Shown here one piece after another: positions 35,385 through 38,479 of a DNA stretch of 38,479 nt; positions within the stretch are counted from its first letter, which is position 1, and each line of letters opens with the position of its first letter. Source of the stretch: a virus (lineage: Duplodnaviria > Caudoviricetes); IMG/VR virus record IMGVR_UViG_3300014656_000064, positions 1 to 38,479 of that record. One strand, 5' to 3'. Under the pieces are notes generated by a model, which saw only the letters and a list, made by a program, of their open reading frames with translations, ran no database searches and was not told the origin of the DNA. The translations under genes were made by a program, and so were the position numbers.

Positions 35385-35729
35385 ATGCTAAAGAAAAAAC
35401 CGTATATTATTCGGGGAACGGGTTTTCCCGTAGACGGTTCTCTTGTATACATCAATAAGGAGTGGGAGGATGGATATGTGTCTGTCCTCCTAATTAAAGA
35501 TAACTCGTTATTTGAACCGTTGTCTATAAAGATTCATAAGAAATATTTGCAATTGTGGAAAAGCGTGGTACAATACTCGTATAGTTTTACGTTAGAGAAA
35601 CATGATGAAGAAGGTCGTTGTGTTGAATCAACTAATTTTGAAATTAACGAGACAATCAAAAATATTTCTTTAGACACAATCAAAGAATATCTAGAATTAA
35701 ATCTTACACCAATATTACGAACGGAATGA
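35385..35729 (+). CDS. hypothetical protein
   Basis: 114-aa ORF tightly packed between SSB and recombinase. Confidence 0.7.
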   Translation: MLKKKPYIIRGTGFPVDGSLVYINKEWEDGYVSVLLIKDNSLFEPLSIKIHKKYLQLWKSVVQYSYSFTLEKHDEEGRCVESTNFEINETIKNISLDTIKEYLELNLTPILRTE

Positions 35730-35730
35730 C

Positions 35731-36843
35731 ATGGTAAGAAACAAAGAAACGTTTGAAGATCAATTGATCGACAATCTTGCGTCTACTTTTACCAAGAAAA
35801 ACACTAATGCTACGGCATCTTATTTGTGTGATTCGAGCACAAATGTAAAGAACTGGGTATCTACTGGGTCGTACATGTTAGATCTAGTTTTATCTAATAG
35901 GACGAGTGGTGGTGTACCGGTCGCACGATTAATCGAGGTTGCAGGAGGAGAAGGCGCGGGAAAGACCTTATTAGCTTCGTATATGATGGCTGACACTCAA
36001 CGACAGGGTGGAGTTGCTATTTTCATTGACTCAGAACACGCTGCCTCTATGGAAGTATTAGAAGCAACCGGTGTAGATACAAACAAGTTGGTTTATATTC
36101 AAGCCGACACCGTCGAAGATGTGTTTACCTCTATGGAGTCTATTACAAATCAGATCGCCGAGTCTAAGACAAACAAGCTCATTACTATTGTTTGGGATTC
36201 TGTTGCAGCTTCACCACCTAAAGCAGAAGTAGAAGGAAACTATGGTGATCAAACTATTGCTCTGAAAGCACGATTGATTTCTGCTGGTCTGCGAAAGTAT
36301 ATTCCAATTTGTAGTTCACATAATGTATGTTTAGTCTTCATCAATCAACTGAGATCAAAAATAGGCGGTGTCGCATTTGGAGATCAAAGCACAACGCCTG
36401 GTGGAAAAGCCATTCCATACCATGCTAGCGTAAGACTTAGGGTTTCACATTTCAAACAGATCAAGGATTCAGATGGAAATATTGTTGGTAGAATAATAAA
36501 ATGTGAAATAAAGAAGAACAAGGTTGCCCCACCAATGCGAACAGTGTATTACACAATTAGATGGGGAGACAAACCTGGAGCATGGATTGATGAAGTAGAG
36601 TCTTTATGGGATGCGGCAATTAGAGCGGGTGTTCTAGAAAAGAAGACTGCACAAAAGTACGTATTTGAGGTTCCTTCTACAAAAGAAAAAATGGAGTTAA
36701 CTAAAAATAAGTTTACTGAATTATTGAATGAAGCGGCATTCAGTACCGAGTTTAAAAATGCATTGGCTGAGGCGTATATTATTACTGGTAAGAAAATAAC
36801 AGAAACAATATTGGAAGATGTAGAAAATGAGGACGGTCTATAA
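35731..36843 (+). CDS. uvsX: RecA/UvsX recombinase
   Basis: STGSYMLD, GGEGAGKT (Walker A), FIDSEHA, IVWDSVAA, FINQLR, TTPGGKA..HASVRL, KNKVAPP. Confidence 0.95.
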   Translation: MVRNKETFEDQLIDNLASTFTKKNTNATASYLCDSSTNVKNWVSTGSYMLDLVLSNRTSGGVPVARLIEVAGGEGAGKTLLASYMMADTQRQGGVAIFIDSEHAASMEVLEATGVDTNKLVYIQADTVEDVFTSMESITNQIAESKTNKLITIVWDSVAASPPKAEVEGNYGDQTIALKARLISAGLRKYIPICSSHNVCLVFINQLRSKIGGVAFGDQSTTPGGKAIPYHASVRLRVSHFKQIKDSDGNIVGRIIKCEIKKNKVAPPMRTVYYTIRWGDKPGAWIDEVESLWDAAIRAGVLEKKTAQKYVFEVPSTKEKMELTKNKFTELLNEAAFSTEFKNALAEAYIITGKKITETILEDVENEDGL

Positions 36844-37052
36844 TGAATAAGGAACACAATTTTCAATTGATTCTTAGGGTTGATAATAAGACGATTGCTA
36901 CAAGAAATGAAAAGTTTGTAGAATATAATGAAGATGTTATATATTCGTTACGTTTAAATTCACTAATGAAATCATTATGTGAAGAAATTGCAACAGCTTT
37001 AAAAGACAGCTCTATTGAACAAGCGCATCGACTCGTTAGAATGGATGGATGA
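36843..37052 (+). CDS. hypothetical protein
   Basis: TAATG overlap with recombinase stop; 69 aa. Confidence 0.7.
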   Translation: MNKEHNFQLILRVDNKTIATRNEKFVEYNEDVIYSLRLNSLMKSLCEEIATALKDSSIEQAHRLVRMDG

Positions 37053-37055
37053 GCT

Positions 37056-38060
37056 TTGAAACGTTATTTGTTGGTAGACTTTTATAATACTTTCATACGA
37101 TCATTTAATGTTGTTCCAATAACGAATGACAATGGTGATCATGCTGGTGGAACGTATGGATTTTTACGCAGTATGAAATCGGCTATTGATAAATTTTCAC
37201 CAACAGAAGTGTATATTATCGCCGATGGGCCACAAGCGTCATTACGCCGACGCATAGTTGATAAAGATTATAAATCAAATCGCAAGAGAGAATGGAAACG
37301 CGGTATTGTAAAGGCTTACGATTTTCTAAGTGAACAAGAGCATAGTGAAAGTTTTTCAAAACAGCTCACAAGATTACAAGAATACCTTAATATATTGTCT
37401 ATAAAGAAAATACAGATACCGTATATTGAGGCAGACGATATTATAGCCCAAATAGCAAATACTTCTGATAAAGATGTTGAAGTAATAATTTATTCTACTG
37501 ATGCTGACTTCAAACAATTAATTTCAGATAGAGTGTTTTGTTACAACCCTATAGCTAAATTACTAACAACGAAGGAGAAATTCTTAGAGAAACACGGGTA
37601 CTTGCCTAATAATTATATCTACTTCAAATGCATAGCCGGCGACAAGAGTGATGAAATTACCGGAGTCGGCGAACGTATTGGCGAAAAAACTTTTGCTAAA
37701 ATGTTTCCAATAGCCCAAGAAGAGAAGTTTAAAAGCTTAAAAGATCTTCTTGTGTTTTCACAATTAGAAGTAGATAGTAAACGTAATAAGAGTAAAAGCA
37801 TACTAAGACAGCACCAAGCATTAATAGAGAATGAAACGCTTCTCCAGAAAAATTGGACGTTGATGCAACTCCAAGATGTTGATGTGAGTATGCAAACAAA
37901 GGACGTTATTCGAAAGGTTATGGCGACCAGCCCGAATGAATTCAATCGTCAAAGACTTCGAAGAATGTTCATGGAAGATAGTTTCGGTTCAGAATTACAA
38001 TACTTTGATGCGTGGTCTAGGATATTCACTAGATTAGCACTCAAAGGAAGGAAGGTTTAA
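37056..38060 (+). CDS. rnh: 5'-3' exonuclease / T4 RNase H-like flap endonuclease
   Basis: LLVDFYN, YKSNR, IEADDIIA, STDADFKQL, AGDKSDEITGV..IGEKT. Confidence 0.92.
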   Translation: MKRYLLVDFYNTFIRSFNVVPITNDNGDHAGGTYGFLRSMKSAIDKFSPTEVYIIADGPQASLRRRIVDKDYKSNRKREWKRGIVKAYDFLSEQEHSESFSKQLTRLQEYLNILSIKKIQIPYIEADDIIAQIANTSDKDVEVIIYSTDADFKQLISDRVFCYNPIAKLLTTKEKFLEKHGYLPNNYIYFKCIAGDKSDEITGVGERIGEKTFAKMFPIAQEEKFKSLKDLLVFSQLEVDSKRNKSKSILRQHQALIENETLLQKNWTLMQLQDVDVSMQTKDVIRKVMATSPNEFNRQRLRRMFMEDSFGSELQYFDAWSRIFTRLALKGRKV

Positions 38061-38479
38061 ATGAAAAAGATTTTTTCAAGTTTAATTGTCGCAATGTTGT
38101 GTGCTAGTATCGCTTTCGCTGGTGAATTTGGTGGAACATCGGTTATTAACACCATTATAGACACAGACGACGAGCAGCAAAAGCTAGAAACAGACTTAGC
38201 ATACGTTGCGGGGTGGTATAAAGGAGAGTCCTTTGAATTATATAGTGTGTGGGATCAAGAGACCAACACAATAGAGTTCGAGGAAGCAAACATTAAGTTC
38301 GCGCTATTTGATCTTAATTGGGCAATAGGTCAAAAAGCTGTTCCTATTGGATTTATGCATCTACAAAGACCTGAGACGTCAGTGTTTATTACTGCTCCAA
38401 GAGCCGACGTTATAAGGAATGGGTTACATCTTGATACTGGATTTGATATAATTCAGCTTGAGGGTATGTATTGGTCTAA
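38061..38479 (+). CDS. secreted, porin-like protein (partial, runs off the right edge)
   Basis: Open from ATG 38061: MKKIFSSLIVAMLCASIAFA (signal peptide, A-F-A site) then alternating beta-strand pattern, FEEANIKF..WAIGQKAVPIGF. Confidence 0.65.
   Translation, partial: MKKIFSSLIVAMLCASIAFAGEFGGTSVINTIIDTDDEQQKLETDLAYVAGWYKGESFELYSVWDQETNTIEFEEANIKFALFDLNWAIGQKAVPIGFMHLQRPETSVFITAPRADVIRNGLHLDTGFDIIQLEGMYWS

Noticed and set aside
7442-38060. Stop-codon reassignment, introns or inteins in core genes
   Set aside because: Core genes are full length in the standard code, TAA, TAG and TGA all end genes, no suppressor tRNA is seen, and there are no unexplained insertions apart from the capsid-paralog domain.

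Overview
AT-rich segment of a large T4-like (contractile-tailed) bacteriophage genome, almost entirely coded on the + strand. 1-7.4 kb is an early/accessory region: small ORFs behind GTTTAC-type sigma70-like promoters, four tRNAs (Lys-TTT, Leu-TAA, Asp-GTC, Val-TAC), a GC-rich foreign patch, a DUF932-like gene, and a 623-aa protein with a TerD-like C-terminus preceded by an array of three structurally identical but sequence-divergent RNA hairpins. 7.4-32.4 kb is the virion module: terminase, portal, prohead protease, scaffold, major capsid protein, a second capsid paralog carrying a discoidin-like insertion, neck, tail terminator, sheath, hub chaperones, an inverted tail tube gene, tape measure and baseplate genes. 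Eight small proteins sharing an MKKSE-type leader are interspersed through it. 32.4-38.5 kb holds replication/recombination genes (short family-A polymerase-like protein, gp32 SSB, RecA/UvsX, 5'-3' exonuclease) and the start of a signal-peptide, porin-like gene. Best candidates for new biology: the hairpin array plus TerD-like protein, the MKKSE-leader cargo family, the capsid paralog with a lectin-like domain, a probable T7-run frameshift in the tail chaperone, and an ATATTTAT late-promoter motif that sits in an RBS-sequestering hairpin at the terminase gene. All family assignments are from motif recognition by eye; no searches were run.
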